NCBI GenBank assembly: GCA_965205215.1
Contig: OZ242041.1
Coordinates: 576,001 to 640,000 of the forward strand
Direction: 5' to 3'
DNA: 64,000 nucleotides
DNA from: Nitrosopumilus sp.
GTDB lineage: Archaea; Thermoproteota; Nitrososphaeria; Nitrososphaerales; Nitrosopumilaceae
The translations under genes were made by a program, and so were the position numbers. The notes below the pieces were generated by a model, which did no database searches, had not been told where the DNA came from, and saw only the letters and a program-made list of their open reading frames with translations. Positions 9,756 to 21,100 of the stretch are shown one piece after another; position 1 is the first letter of the stretch; every line of letters starts with the position of its first letter.

Positions 9756-10130
9756 ATGGGCGACATATCCCTGGAGATCGATCCCGCGGAGATACGGCCG
9801 AACGCGGAGATCAGGGGCGTCATTACGGTCTCGTACCCCGGCAAGTACGACGGGGTGGTCGTCAGCGCCCAGATATCGGACTCCAACGAGCACATCACGT
9901 ACAAGTCCTCAAACGGCAGGCCGATCTCCCAGAACGTGGCCAGGCTGTTCATCAGTAGGGACTCGATGAAGGAGGGGGGCCGCACGGCCGAGTTCACGGC
10001 CGCAATCGAGTTTGAGCCCGAGTCCGAGCACGAGGTAAAGTTCAGGGCGTCGGCAATAGAGCAGCACAAGGAGATTGACAGCCGCATCGTCTTTGCGCGG
10101 TATGTGGCTGCGGCGTCAAAAGAAGACTAG
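9756..10130 (+). CDS. Hypothetical beta-sandwich protein
   Basis: ORF from ATG 9756 with host codon usage. Confidence 0.7.
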   Translation: MGDISLEIDPAEIRPNAEIRGVITVSYPGKYDGVVVSAQISDSNEHITYKSSNGRPISQNVARLFISRDSMKEGGRTAEFTAAIEFEPESEHEVKFRASAIEQHKEIDSRIVFARYVAAASKED

Positions 10131-10196
10131 CCTCGCTCCCTGCAGTCGTGATGATGATAATGATGATGATCCGGCGGCCGCCTCGGTCCCGCGTGG

Positions 10197-11867
10197 CTAT
10201 TCCGTCTTGTCCTTTTGCGCCGCCGTAGCCGGGTCGGGCGCGGCGCCGTCAGCACCTGCCTTTTTGGCCGCCGCTGCCGCTGGCGTTGACGCCGTCGCCG
10301 TCGTTGATGATGACGACGACGCCCCCGCAGCCGGTATCTCCGGCGGGGCCTCCAGCTCCTTCTTCTTCTGCTGCGGCTCAGAGCCGAGCTTTTCGGCGCC
10401 GTCCACGCCGTCCCCGATCTCCGCGGCGCCCGCCGGCGCCTCCAGCTGCGGCGCGCTCTCCGGCACCGGGGTCGGCATCGGCGGCGGCGCGGCCTTCTCC
10501 TGGCTCATCCCGTACCTGTACACGTGGAAGAACCCGGCAAACACGATGAGTATCAGCCCTATGAAGAAGAGCGAGATGTTGTTCATGCCCGTCAGGGCCG
10601 CGTTGTACGCCGCAATGTTGAGGAACACCTGGAACGCGAGCAGGGCCACCAGCACCCAGTTGATCCACCTCTCTGAGAGGCTTATGGCGGCCACCTTTTG
10701 CGGGCCCGAGCTCTTTGCGAGCTTTGCCTTGCGCTCGGCCTCGTTTGCGAGCTTTATCATCATGTACGTGAACCCGAATCCGAGCGGCACGAGCAGTATC
10801 ATCGTACCGTAGAAGAAGATCGGGTCGATGACGAGCCTCTCGACCAGCGGGATCGAGATGTCCGGCGTGATGTAGAACCCCCAGTAGGTGGTCACCATTA
10901 TCTGGGCCAGGCTGGTGATGCCAAACGCCGTAATTATGGGGCGGTCCCGCCACGAGAACTTTTTGTACCTGTCTATGAACGGTATGAGCACGAACGACAT
11001 TATGAACAGCAGGGGCCACAGGAGCCCCGTCACGAACTTGTCGTACTGTGTGCGCATGAACGCGTAGATGCCGGTCAGGTACCACTCGGGGACCGTCACG
11101 CCGGGCGGCACGTCGGGCTGGAACTTGAAGCCCAAATCAATCGGGAAGACCCCCCCCGTAATCAGTATGGCCCCGCCGATGGCCATGACCATCGGCACGT
11201 CGAACACCAGAAACCTCGGAAAGTGGACGGCCATGAGCCCGAGCATCACGACCGGCAGGATGAACACGTGCTGCGCGTAAAACCGCAGCACAAAGTCCGA
11301 GAACCCGCTGCCGAGCGCGGCGTCGCGTATCAGCGGCCCCACCACGGGTATCGAGGTCGTCAGCGAGGCCGCTATGCTGATTGCCAGCTCCGCCCTCTCG
11401 CTGAATATCACGTCATACCCGGTGAACGCCTCCAGTATCGTGACCACGCCCAGTATGACGCCGGTCATCCAGAGCACCTCGTTCCTTATCTTGTAGCGGC
11501 CGCTAAAGTACTGGTAGTACATGTGCAGGACCGCAAGCAGCACCATGGCATTAGAGCCGTGGTAGTGTATGTTGCGTATGTGGAACCCGAAGGGGACCTC
11601 GTCGTTTATGAACTGGACGCTGTCCCACGCCCTGTCGAGTATGGGCTGGTAGTAGAACATAAGCAGGGCGCCCGAGACGCCCAGTATGATGAACGTGATG
11701 AACGTGAGCATCCCGAGGAACCCGAACGGGCTGACGAACCTGGCCGGAAAGGAGAACTTTATCGCGGTGAATATGGTGCGGTCCACCCCCTCCCACAGCC
11801 AGTAGAAGAAGGCGACGGCGCCCGTCCTTCTCGGGAAGAGCGTCACTCCCTCAGGCGAAGCGGCCAT
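10197..11867 (-). CDS. petB: Cytochrome b subunit of the bc complex
   Basis: Heme-ligating His in RNIHYHGSN...LHMYY and YAQHVF...VHF, PEWY motif. Confidence 0.95.
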   Translation of the reverse strand: MAASPEGVTLFPRRTGAVAFFYWLWEGVDRTIFTAIKFSFPARFVSPFGFLGMLTFITFIILGVSGALLMFYYQPILDRAWDSVQFINDEVPFGFHIRNIHYHGSNAMVLLAVLHMYYQYFSGRYKIRNEVLWMTGVILGVVTILEAFTGYDVIFSERAELAISIAASLTTSIPVVGPLIRDAALGSGFSDFVLRFYAQHVFILPVVMLGLMAVHFPRFLVFDVPMVMAIGGAILITGGVFPIDLGFKFQPDVPPGVTVPEWYLTGIYAFMRTQYDKFVTGLLWPLLFIMSFVLIPFIDRYKKFSWRDRPIITAFGITSLAQIMVTTYWGFYITPDISIPLVERLVIDPIFFYGTMILLVPLGFGFTYMMIKLANEAERKAKLAKSSGPQKVAAISLSERWINWVLVALLAFQVFLNIAAYNAALTGMNNISLFFIGLILIVFAGFFHVYRYGMSQEKAAPPPMPTPVPESAPQLEAPAGAAEIGDGVDGAEKLGSEPQQKKKELEAPPEIPAAGASSSSSTTATASTPAAAAAKKAGADGAAPDPATAAQKDKTE

Positions 11868-12456
11868 ATCCTATTACTCCGTTCTCGTTGGCGGTAAACT
11901 TGGGGGGAAGTATGTACACGAGCCCGTCGGCGTCAAGGTCAAGCGTCAGCTTTGGCAGCGTGTTTGACGGCGAGGCCTGCACGGAGGCGGGCCCTATGTA
12001 CGCGATCCCCGTCGACGCGTCGTACATGGTCCCGTGGCACGGGCACTCGCCCCTCTTCCTGCCGTCGTCGGGCCAGTACTTCCAGAGGCACCACAAATGC
12101 AGGCATATCATGCTGAACGCCCGCAGCGCCGAGACGTCGTTGCTCTCGCCGCCCATCTCAGCAGGCAGCCTTATGAGCTGCCACTTGCGGAACGCCTCCG
12201 CGTCCAGCGCCGGGTCGCCTGTCGCCGGGTACGTGATCACCTCCGAGTGGTTCACCGGGAACGTGTTGATGTTTGCCTGGGTGCCGTCCGGCAGCATGGC
12301 CGGCACCCTCTCAAGGGAGGCCTGGTTGGGGTTGGGCATAAAGTTGCCAAACGGCACGAACGGCGCGAACGCGAGCCCGGTCCCCGCCGCTCCTATAAGC
12401 TTCAAAAAGTCCCTGCGTGATAAGCCGTCAGATCTGCGCTTTATGGTCTCTGACAT
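11851..12456 (-). CDS. Rieske 2Fe-2S protein with Tat signal
   Basis: SRRDFLK twin-arginine motif, CLHLWC and CPCHG Rieske boxes; overlaps the petB start. Confidence 0.95.
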   Translation of the reverse strand: MSETIKRRSDGLSRRDFLKLIGAAGTGLAFAPFVPFGNFMPNPNQASLERVPAMLPDGTQANINTFPVNHSEVITYPATGDPALDAEAFRKWQLIRLPAEMGGESNDVSALRAFSMICLHLWCLWKYWPDDGRKRGECPCHGTMYDASTGIAYIGPASVQASPSNTLPKLTLDLDADGLVYILPPKFTANENGVIGYGRFA

Positions 12457-12605
12457 CCTCAAGTCTAATACCGTAATTTCGCTTATAAACCTTCTAAAAC
12501 GCGCCGCCATCCGAGGGTAAAAAGTGTTCACTTTTGACGGAGCCGCGGGACCGGCGGCGCGCCGTCTGGTTTTAAATTGTCCATACTGTGTATAACCTGC
12601 ACAGT

Positions 12606-13373
12606 ATGGAGACAGAGTCAAAGCTGCGGATGCATATCGCCCCGCTGGGCTTCGAGGTCGACAGGATAGTGCTGCCCGCCATACGCCTGAGGGCCGACGC
12701 GGTGTGGCTGCTCGTGCACAGCAACCGCTCCGAGGACAAGGCGGAGCCCTTCGAGGCCGAGATCAGGGAGCGCCTCGGGGGGGAGGGGATAGAGGTCAGG
12801 GCCGAGTACGCCGACAGGAAGAACCTCTTTGGCATGCTAAAGGCAGTCAGGGGGATAATAGCGGGGGAGGGGGGAGGCAACGACATATACGTAAACGTCT
12901 CGTCCGGCTCCAAGATACAGTCCATAGCGTGCATGATGGCGTGCATGATGTGGAACGACACGGCGAGCATCACGCCGTACTATGCGGAGCCGGAGGGGTA
13001 CACGTCGTCGGCCGAATCCACGGGGCGGGCGCCCGAGCAGATGTCCAGCGGCCTCAAGTCCATCACCACGCTCCCAAAGTACAGGATACAGACGCCGCGG
13101 CAGGAGCTCGTAAGGGCCCTTGCGATAGTCAGTACGGCCGAGGGGGGCCGCATAAGGAAGGGCGAGATGGCCGAGAGGGCCGAGGAGCTCGGGATAATCA
13201 CGGTCAACTCGCGCGAGGAGAACAGGGAGTCGGCGAGGTTTGCTAGCCTGGCAAAGAACATCGTGGAGCCGCTTACCGACGAGTGGAACTTTCTGCACGT
13301 GGAGAAGGTGGGCAGGACTAGGTGGGTCTCGCTTACCGAGGAGGGCAGGAACGCGGCCGAGTTCCTGCTGTGA
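12606..13373 (+). CDS. DUF6293/HFX_2341-like CARF-fold plus wHTH regulator
   Basis: HIAPLGFEVDRI, YVNVSSGSK, C-terminal wHTH ending SLTEEG. Confidence 0.8.
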   Translation: METESKLRMHIAPLGFEVDRIVLPAIRLRADAVWLLVHSNRSEDKAEPFEAEIRERLGGEGIEVRAEYADRKNLFGMLKAVRGIIAGEGGGNDIYVNVSSGSKIQSIACMMACMMWNDTASITPYYAEPEGYTSSAESTGRAPEQMSSGLKSITTLPKYRIQTPRQELVRALAIVSTAEGGRIRKGEMAERAEELGIITVNSREENRESARFASLAKNIVEPLTDEWNFLHVEKVGRTRWVSLTEEGRNAAEFLL

Positions 13374-13441
13374 CGCGCGCGGCGCGGATTCGTACTGTGT
13401 GTAGTGCCTGTGACTCGCGCAGGCCGCGGCCCTTGCCGGCC

Positions 13442-14896
13442 TTATCGGTTTTCGCGCCCCAGCAGCTCGTTGTACAGCTTGGCGGCCCCCGCCTCGTCCT
13501 CTGTCCCGACCACGACGGCCGAGCCCTTCTTCATTATGCTGACGGACAGCTCGTCTGTGCGCAGCGACAGCCCCAGGTCCCCCTGGTTCTCCACGGTGAA
13601 CCCCTCCTGGCGCGCCGCGTCTGATATGGCGCCAAGGTCCACGTCGAGCGCGGCAGGCGGCGTTATTGCAAACGTGCGCTTGCCCCTGTTGCGGCCGCAC
13701 AGCTCCTCGAGTACGAGGCCGCCGGGATCTTTTCTCTGCTGCAACTGCTGCTCCGATGTCCCGGGATCCGTCTTCCCGGCGTCGGCGTCGCCGCATACGG
13801 GGCACTCCGGCGCCCTGAACGTCCGGGTCTTGTGAAACTCCATCTCCTCCAGGTCTATGTGCAGTACCCGCTCTGAGAGCGACGGCCCCCTGCCCAGAAC
13901 TATCTTGACTGCCTCTGCCACCTCTATGCCGCCGACAATCGAGAGTATCGACGGGTGGACCCCCTCCACGCTGCAGGTCGGCATCGAGTCCTCGTCCAGG
14001 TCGGGAAAGATGCAGTGGTAGCACGCCGAGCTTCCGGGCATGACGGTGAATGCCTGCCCCGAGACGCCGACTGCCGCCCCCGTAACGAACGGTATGCCAA
14101 GCCTGACGCACGCCGCGTTGAGCGCGTACCTGGCGTCCACGCTGTCGAGCGCGTCGACCACCACGTCGCACCCCGCCACGGCATCGGCCGCGTTGGCCGC
14201 GCCCACCGACATGGGGACCGGCTCGATCTTGCAGTGGGGGGCCAGCTTGCGCAGCTTGCGCGCGGCTACCTCCACCTTTACCTGCCCCACGTCGTCCTCG
14301 TCAAATAACGTCTGCCTGTGCAGGTTTGTCAGCTCTATCGTGTCGCGGTCGATTATCCTGAGCGCCCCCACGCCCATGGCGGCCAGCCTGGTGGCGATGG
14401 GGTTCCCGAGCCCGCCGGATCCGACTATGCATATCTTGGCCTGCCTCATCTTTATCTGCCCGTTGTATCCTATCTCCTCGAGCATCACCTGGCGCGAGAA
14501 GCGCTCCAGCTCCCGCGGGGTCAGCCCCTCTGACACTGTCGCCTGCGCGGCCGCGGTGCTGTTGCTGATGTTCTCGGTGCCGCCGTCGCTGCTGCTGCCC
14601 CCCGCGACTGCCGGCAGTATGTACACCTCGTCCCCGCCCCCGAGCTTGGCGTCCATGCCGCCGGAGAACTTTGCGTTCTTGCCGTTGATGTACACGTTGA
14701 TCAGCTGCCGCGGCGTCTTGCCGTCCGGCTCCATGACGCGCCTTGCAAAGTCGGGTCCCTTGGCCTCGACTGCCTTTGCAAACGCGTCGGCAAGCGACGT
14801 TACACCCATCTCAATCCTCTGCTCGCCGCCCCCTCCCGGGTTCAGCACGGACGGTACCACGAACGTTATGGCAGTAGCCGCAGGCTCTGGCGCCAT
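13442..14896 (-). CDS. ThiS/MoaD ubiquitin-like domain fused to ThiF/MoeB E1-like adenylyltransferase
   Basis: N-terminal beta-grasp ending ILPAVAGG; RFSRQ, GSGGLG, NLHRQ, CYHC, catalytic PTCS, CPVC. Confidence 0.9.
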   Translation of the reverse strand: MAPEPAATAITFVVPSVLNPGGGGEQRIEMGVTSLADAFAKAVEAKGPDFARRVMEPDGKTPRQLINVYINGKNAKFSGGMDAKLGGGDEVYILPAVAGGSSSDGGTENISNSTAAAQATVSEGLTPRELERFSRQVMLEEIGYNGQIKMRQAKICIVGSGGLGNPIATRLAAMGVGALRIIDRDTIELTNLHRQTLFDEDDVGQVKVEVAARKLRKLAPHCKIEPVPMSVGAANAADAVAGCDVVVDALDSVDARYALNAACVRLGIPFVTGAAVGVSGQAFTVMPGSSACYHCIFPDLDEDSMPTCSVEGVHPSILSIVGGIEVAEAVKIVLGRGPSLSERVLHIDLEEMEFHKTRTFRAPECPVCGDADAGKTDPGTSEQQLQQRKDPGGLVLEELCGRNRGKRTFAITPPAALDVDLGAISDAARQEGFTVENQGDLGLSLRTDELSVSIMKKGSAVVVGTEDEAGAAKLYNELLGRENR

Positions 14897-16125
14897 TACC
14901 TGCCTGCAACCTCCGCTATTATGGCCTGCGCGTCGGCCTTTACGGTCTCCGGTTTCTTGAGCGACCGCATCACGGCCTCCGTCGCCTTGAGCCCGTTGCC
15001 GGTCACATAGCACACCACGGAGTCGCCGGGATCAATCATTTTTTGCTCTGCCATCTTCTGCAGCGTGGCGACTGCCACCCCGCCGGCCGGCTCCGTGAAT
15101 ATGCCCTCGGTCTTTGCAAGCAGCAGTATGGCGTCTATGATCTCGCTGTCTGACGTCTCCACCGCCGTGCCGTCGTACTGCTTTAGCCGCTTGAGGACGT
15201 ACCTGCCGTCGCCCGGGTCGCCTATCGCCAGGCTCTTTGCTATGGTGTCGGGGGACTCGACTGGCACGACTGCGTCCTGGTTGTTTGCAAACGCGCCTAC
15301 CACGGGCGCGCACCCAGTCGGCTGGGCCGCGTGCACCCTCATGCCCTGCACGCCCCCGCCCGGCACGAGCGACGCGGACTCCAGCTCCTCGAACCCCTTG
15401 CATATGGCGTTGAGCATGGCCCCGCTTCCGACCGGCACCACAAGGTTGTCCGGCACGCGCCATCCCATCTGCTCGGCCACCTCGTATGCCAGGGTCTTTG
15501 AGCCCTCCACGTAGTATGATCTCATGTTGATGTTGACCACGCCGATGCCCAGCCTGTCCCCGGCCTGGGCCGCTATCCTGTTCGCGTCGTCGTACGTGCC
15601 GTCCACCGATATGTAGTCGGCCCCGTAGGAGAGCGCCTGGGCGATCTTTGCCATCTCTATGTTGCTTGGCGCGAATATGTGGCACGGCATGCCGCCCCTT
15701 GCCGCGTGCGCGGCAGTCGCTGACGCCAGGTTGCCCGTCGAGGCGCACCCCACCCTGGACATCCCGAACTCCTTTGCCTTTGAGACCGCGACCCCCGCCG
15801 GCCTGTCCTTGAAGGAGAACGTCGGGTTCACCGAGTCGTTTTTTATGTAGACGTTCCTGAGGCCCAGCCGCTCGGCCAGCGCGTCGGCCTTGATCAGCGG
15901 GGTCATGCCGGCCCCTATGCTTATGATGTTTGACGCGTCCTCGACGGGCAGCAGCTCCCTGTACCTCCAGTATGTCTGCTCGCGCCCCTCAAACGTCCCT
16001 GGCTCGAGCCTCGGCAGCCCCTCGTACCTCACGTCGAGCGGCCCAAAGCACTCGTCGCACACGTAGCGGAACTCCGTGCCGTACCTCTTCTTGCACTCGC
16101 GGCACTCCAGCACCATTGCGGTCAT
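14896..16125 (-). CDS. thrC: Threonine synthase
   Basis: N-terminal Zn ribbon, NPTFSFKDR (PLP Lys), ASTGN, VPVGSG, TGNGLK. Confidence 0.92.
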   Translation of the reverse strand: MTAMVLECRECKKRYGTEFRYVCDECFGPLDVRYEGLPRLEPGTFEGREQTYWRYRELLPVEDASNIISIGAGMTPLIKADALAERLGLRNVYIKNDSVNPTFSFKDRPAGVAVSKAKEFGMSRVGCASTGNLASATAAHAARGGMPCHIFAPSNIEMAKIAQALSYGADYISVDGTYDDANRIAAQAGDRLGIGVVNINMRSYYVEGSKTLAYEVAEQMGWRVPDNLVVPVGSGAMLNAICKGFEELESASLVPGGGVQGMRVHAAQPTGCAPVVGAFANNQDAVVPVESPDTIAKSLAIGDPGDGRYVLKRLKQYDGTAVETSDSEIIDAILLLAKTEGIFTEPAGGVAVATLQKMAEQKMIDPGDSVVCYVTGNGLKATEAVMRSLKKPETVKADAQAIIAEVAGR

Positions 16126-16188
16126 GGAGGGAGTTCATGCAAGGGATACTTAAAACATCCTGATGTTACATCAAGCAATAGTGGATTT

Positions 16189-17544
16189 TCAGCGGCATAT
16201 TTTGGCCTTGGCGGGCACCCACGGGCTGTCGGGGTTCGTGGTGGCCTTTAGCACCGTGTACGTGGCGGGCTCCTCAAGGTCGCCTGCCGCGTTGAGCGTG
16301 TATTCTCCCAGCGCGCCGTCGCCTATGGTTCTTCCCTCGTACACGAGGTGGTGGACTCCCCTGCCACTGGCCACGTCGAGTATCAGGTCCCTGGCTGTGC
16401 TCTCGTCGCCCGGGATGCTGCCGTCTGCCAGCCCGTCGCGCGTTACGATGGCGTCTACCAGGAGGTGTATCGCGTCGTATGCGGCAAACGGCCCGTACTC
16501 GTACCGGTCGCAGACCACACCCTCCTGCTGCAGCGTGTTGCAGATCCCGATGTTGACGGGGTTGTCAAGCACGGTGTAGCGGGTTCCGGAGAGCTCCACC
16601 TTTTTTGCAAACTCCGCCACGTCCGCGTCGCGTACGGCGGCGGACTCCCCCGTGATGGTGGCCGTGCTGTACCACTTTACGCCATGTAGGTTTGCGAGGC
16701 CGTCGCCGGCCGACAGCACGCCCTTTACGTGGTATTCAAAGTCAAGCGGGAATCCTATGAACATCACCGCCACCTTGTCGGCGCCCTCGGTAGCTGCGAG
16801 GCGGCCCACGATTCCGTCGACGGTCTGCGCTACTGCCGCGTGGCTGGATGCGGCAGCTGCCGGATCGGAGAACCTTTCGGCCTCCGTGTACGGTATCAGG
16901 TGCTCAAAGGAGTCGGCGACCTCCGGCGGTATGAGGAAGCTGACGATCGGGAGCCATGACTGGCGGACAACTATTACGCCCTTTGTATTGCCGTCCTTGT
17001 TCAGTACGAGGTCGATCACGCTCGCCGCTTGGTGCGAGTCGTTTGGAATCAGCCTGAACAGGCTGTCTCCGGCCTCCGTGAGGTTGATGACGCCGCCGGG
17101 AAGCGGGATTATCGGGGCCGACGACCCGTATGATACGATGGCCGCGTCGGGTATCGTGTCGAGCACCTGCTTGGCAGGCGTGACAGTCGAGCTGGAGTGG
17201 CCCACGAAGTGGGTTATTCCCTGGGTCTGGACCGCGCTCTGGACCACCCCGGCGATCTCCGTCGAGCTGAGGCCCGTGACGTCCAGCGGCACGAGCGTCA
17301 CGCTGTATTTGGTGCCTATGACTGGATCGTCGTTGATGTCCTGTATGGACAGATCCATGGCCCTTTTGCTGCTGGTGTCGTCGTAGCTCGGACCGTACTC
17401 CAGCAGCGCCCCTATCTTTATCTCAGTCAGCCCCTGGGTCTGGGCGTAGGCGGCCGTTCCGGCAGCAGCAGCAGTAGGATCAAGCGGCATGGAGAGTGCG
17501 GCCGCTGTCGCGGCGACTATTACGGATGCCAGCACCAGTGTCAT
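16189..17544 (-). CDS. Secreted ABC-type (branched-chain amino acid-like) substrate-binding protein
   Basis: Signal peptide, IKIGALL, LFRLIPND..QA, AYDAIHLL, G.YTLNAAGD. Confidence 0.8.
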   Translation of the reverse strand: MTLVLASVIVAATAAALSMPLDPTAAAAGTAAYAQTQGLTEIKIGALLEYGPSYDDTSSKRAMDLSIQDINDDPVIGTKYSVTLVPLDVTGLSSTEIAGVVQSAVQTQGITHFVGHSSSTVTPAKQVLDTIPDAAIVSYGSSAPIIPLPGGVINLTEAGDSLFRLIPNDSHQAASVIDLVLNKDGNTKGVIVVRQSWLPIVSFLIPPEVADSFEHLIPYTEAERFSDPAAAASSHAAVAQTVDGIVGRLAATEGADKVAVMFIGFPLDFEYHVKGVLSAGDGLANLHGVKWYSTATITGESAAVRDADVAEFAKKVELSGTRYTVLDNPVNIGICNTLQQEGVVCDRYEYGPFAAYDAIHLLVDAIVTRDGLADGSIPGDESTARDLILDVASGRGVHHLVYEGRTIGDGALGEYTLNAAGDLEEPATYTVLKATTNPDSPWVPAKAKICR

Positions 17545-18143
17545 GCGTATATTGTAATTCACAGTTGACACTACGTCACGGGATAGGCTAAAAAGACTTA
17601 CGGTCAAGCGGCCGGTTCTGGCATACACAAAGTTGTTCACTCCTGTATCGGAGCCCGGGCAGGCTGCGTGTCAGGCCAACGGCAGGATAGAACGCCCGCA
17701 GCGAGATACCGGGCAAGCCGTACGAGTTCGAGACAGTAATGACAAGGAAGAGCGATCCGACGGGCCTGTTTATGATGGTACAACTATCGCCGGACGTACA
17801 TGTCACTGAATGACGGCGAGCTACTGCAGAGGTGTTTGAGGGAGATAGCGTCCAAGGAGGGAAGGGATCATAGGTGAGCAGACGGGGGGGGGGGAGCACG
17901 ATTCCAGATAGTGAGGAAGCGTTTGTCATCTGTAGCCTCCGTACTTCCACACATCGCATGCCGCCACGCTTTCGCATCGGGGTGAGTTTCAGCCGCATGG
18001 CCACATCACGGTAGACATGGCCGGACGGCGACATATCAGTGAAAGATCATGTATGGACGGTCACAGCGTCCGCCGCTGTTCCAAAGTAAATAAAAAAAAG
18101 AAAAAAGGGGGAATTTTTTTCTGTGTTTTCTGTGATATACTAG

Positions 18144-21100
18144 CTAGCTTACGGTGATGTCGGTTGTGACCGGTGGTGACAGTGCAGTCGGGTTGTCAAC
18201 TGACTCCCATACGAACGCGGTTGCCGTGTAGGTTCCCGCGTCGGATGGAATCCATGACGTTGACGGACTTAGGGACTGTCCTGCCTCCAGCGTTCCGGAT
18301 ATCCAGGAGAGTGCGACCGTGACTCCGTTGGAGTCCTGGACCTGTACCAGATAGGCAAAGGCCTGGGAGCGGTCCTGGCCGTTGGCCAAGTCTGCCACGA
18401 TCTGCACCTGCTGGTCGGCGGACACCGTGTCAAGGCTGTTTCCGAATGCATCCACAATCCTTAGGTTGGTTGCGGGCGCCCTCTCCAGCGGAGGCACGAT
18501 GGTGCCGATCAGGGTTGTTGCCGTGATGTCAAGCTCGTCTGCTGTCGTGTATGGGTCTGGTAGCGTGTTGTCCTCGTATTCGGCCGTTACAGTGTTGCCC
18601 TCTGCCACGCGGAGACGGTGTCCGGAAGACTCGTCGGTGATGGTGAAGAACACCGTGCCTTCGAATATGCCGGTCGCCTCGTTGGTTTCCGTTACCGTGA
18701 GGTCGATTCCGCCGTTGTCGGCGTCTGACCACACGTCAACTACAAAGTTGTTCACTGCCTCCGGGTTCCAGTTCATGTCTGGGTCGATGACCCTGACGAC
18801 GCCTGTGCCGGATGCCGGGTACGATGACTCGAGCCACTGCACTTCGCCGATGTTCCACCTGATGAGCGCGGATCCAACCACGGTCTCGTCCTCAGAGTAC
18901 TCGAATGAGACGGTGATGCCGTCGTCATCGTCGGTCTGGAGGTAGCCGTTGGTGGGCCCGCTTCCATCCTCGCTGGTGTCGCGCTGCGGGTTGTCGTAAC
19001 CCGCGTCGGTGCCAGTCTCGGTGTCGCCGTCCGCGTTGTGGTCGAATCCGATAAGGATCACCTCGCCTGTAAAGATGCCCGTGTCAGGACCGGTCTCGAC
19101 AAGCTTGTAGTTGTCGATGTCGGCGCTGCGCGTGGACACCTGTATCGGGTCGAGGTTGGAGTCGCCTATCTCGTCCACCAGTGCGGAGTCGAAGTTGTGG
19201 TCTGGCGCCACGATGGTGATGTAGACCTTGTCGGTCCACGTGTACACCTTCTGGTCCAGCTCGATGGTCGCGCCAAAGTTGGAGGTGTAGACCGTTAGGC
19301 CGACGTCCTCGCTCTCGTCGCCGACATAGTCGGCTCCTGACGGACCCCAGTCCACGTACTCGAGCTCGATCTCCTCGCCCCTCTCGAGGCGGTCGCCGTC
19401 GATCTCCGCGGGAATCTCGGCGATCACCTGGAATATTCCGGTGGAGTCGCCCGTCTCACGGAGCTCGGATGGCTCTGGATCGAATACCGCGTTGTTCATG
19501 CCCAGTGTGGCGGCGTCAGAGTCCCACTCGATCAGGTCGAGCGTGTAGGACTCGGCGCCGTCGTTCTCCAGGTCAAGGTCCGGCTCTATCAGCGTCAGGA
19601 TCATGTCTGAGCCGATGATGTAGACTGACTTGTCTGACTGGAGCACGCCGTTGCGCAGGTCGAACGTGGCAGAGTCTGTTACCGTGTTCTCCTCGCCTGA
19701 TGCGTCAGTCGGGTCGCGGTACTCGACCTGCAGGATGTCTCCTTGCAGTATCGAATCGTCCGGACCGTCGTCATATGCGAGGCCAAGGTCAAGCTCGAAC
19801 GCGCCGCTGTCGGGCGCGGTCTCGAGGATCTGCGCGGACTCTAGGTCGATCGTGTGAGTCGCCGAGCCGCGTATGACCTGTACGGTCAGGTATTCAGTGG
19901 CGTTCGTAATTACGTCCTCGCCGGCAGCCGATATGTCAAAGTCCGGATCGTCTATGGTGACGTGGACCGTCAGATCGTGCTGGCCGAGGAAGCCTGTCGT
20001 GTGCTCGAATACGTCAGCTGCGAACGGCACCGGGTATACGGTGCGGTCAAGCGATACGGTACCAGTGTTGGCACGTACTGCTGCTCCCGCTCCGACCTCG
20101 ATCTCCTCGCCGGACGCGTCACGGAAGTCCTGATAGTTGACCTCTATGTCCACGCCGGTGACTGACACGACGGTGCCTGTGGCGCCGCCCTGGCAGTAGT
20201 ACTCGGGAATCTGGAAGTCGCCCGTAAAGACGCCGGAGGTTGCTGTAGTCTCCTGCAGCGTAAAGCCGGTGGATGAGAATCCGTCGACTCCGCAGCCGCC
20301 CGTCCAGAGCTCGTCATCAAACGTCACGTCCAGGATGTAGGCCTGGTCGTCACCGATGTAGTCCGCGAGTTCGCTTGAGAACGTGTAGATGTCGATGACA
20401 TCGTTGTCCACGTTCAGGTCGGCGTCCTCCAGTGTGATCGTGACCGTGTCGGCGACCTTGTAGCTCTCAGCGTCGAAGGAGACCACGGCGCTGTGCGTCG
20501 GGGCCGCCTGCTGGATCGCTATCTGGGTCGAGACTCCGTCGGCTCCCAGGTCAAGATAGTTCACGCGGACTGAATCCTCGTCGGTAAAGTCCTCGTGGAC
20601 TATGATGGATATCTGGTCGCTGATGGGCCTCAGGTCGGTGTACGTGCTTGGATCGTCGATGTTGAGCTGGTTGAGCATGGTATACTCCACGGTACCCTCA
20701 TAGTCAGCAGAGTTGCTGCTGGCCTCCTCCACCTCGATGCGGTATATGGCGTCGTTCACGCGGCCGTTCTCGTTCTGTCCGAACGTGAAGAAGTCGGCTA
20801 CGAGCATGAGGTCGCCGCACACGTGGCCAAGGTCGGTGTTACCTATGAAGATGATCAGGTCCACGGTGTCTCCGAGGGCCTCGATGTCATCCTCCATGGC
20901 GGTGATGTCCACCAGGCCGGATGCACCGTTGCCCAGGGACACGCTCTGGTTGTGGTGTACGTTTGCAAGCCTGATGTCGGTTATGACCGCGTCAGGTGCA
21001 ATGCCGTCGTAGTTGATACCGCCAAAGTTCCAGTTGAACAGCGTGGTGACGCCGTCGGCAAACGTGGGTGGCTCCCATCCGTATACGATGATCTTCGACT

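Noticed and set aside
12606-13373. CARF-like regulator as evidence of a CRISPR locus
   Set aside because: DUF6293-type regulators are common stand-alone archaeal genes, and no cas genes or arrays are nearby.
5874-14960. Many long antisense or alternate-frame ORFs (for example 5874-7136, 10698-11897, 12837-14171, 14040-14960)
   Set aside because: Shadow ORFs of high-GC genes; they overlap well-supported CDSs and have Arg/Pro-rich, non-protein-like composition.
17590-18040. ORF 17588-18034 between the binding protein and the slaA terminator
   Set aside because: No motif and atypical composition; probably decayed intergenic DNA.
1-19880. Inverted repeat as a pure assembly artefact
   Set aside because: The copies differ by scattered synonymous and a few amino-acid changes (SY/TH, PLAYS/GLAYD, P/E, G/D), so they are distinct paralogs. 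Orientation of the inner segment could still be mis-assembled.
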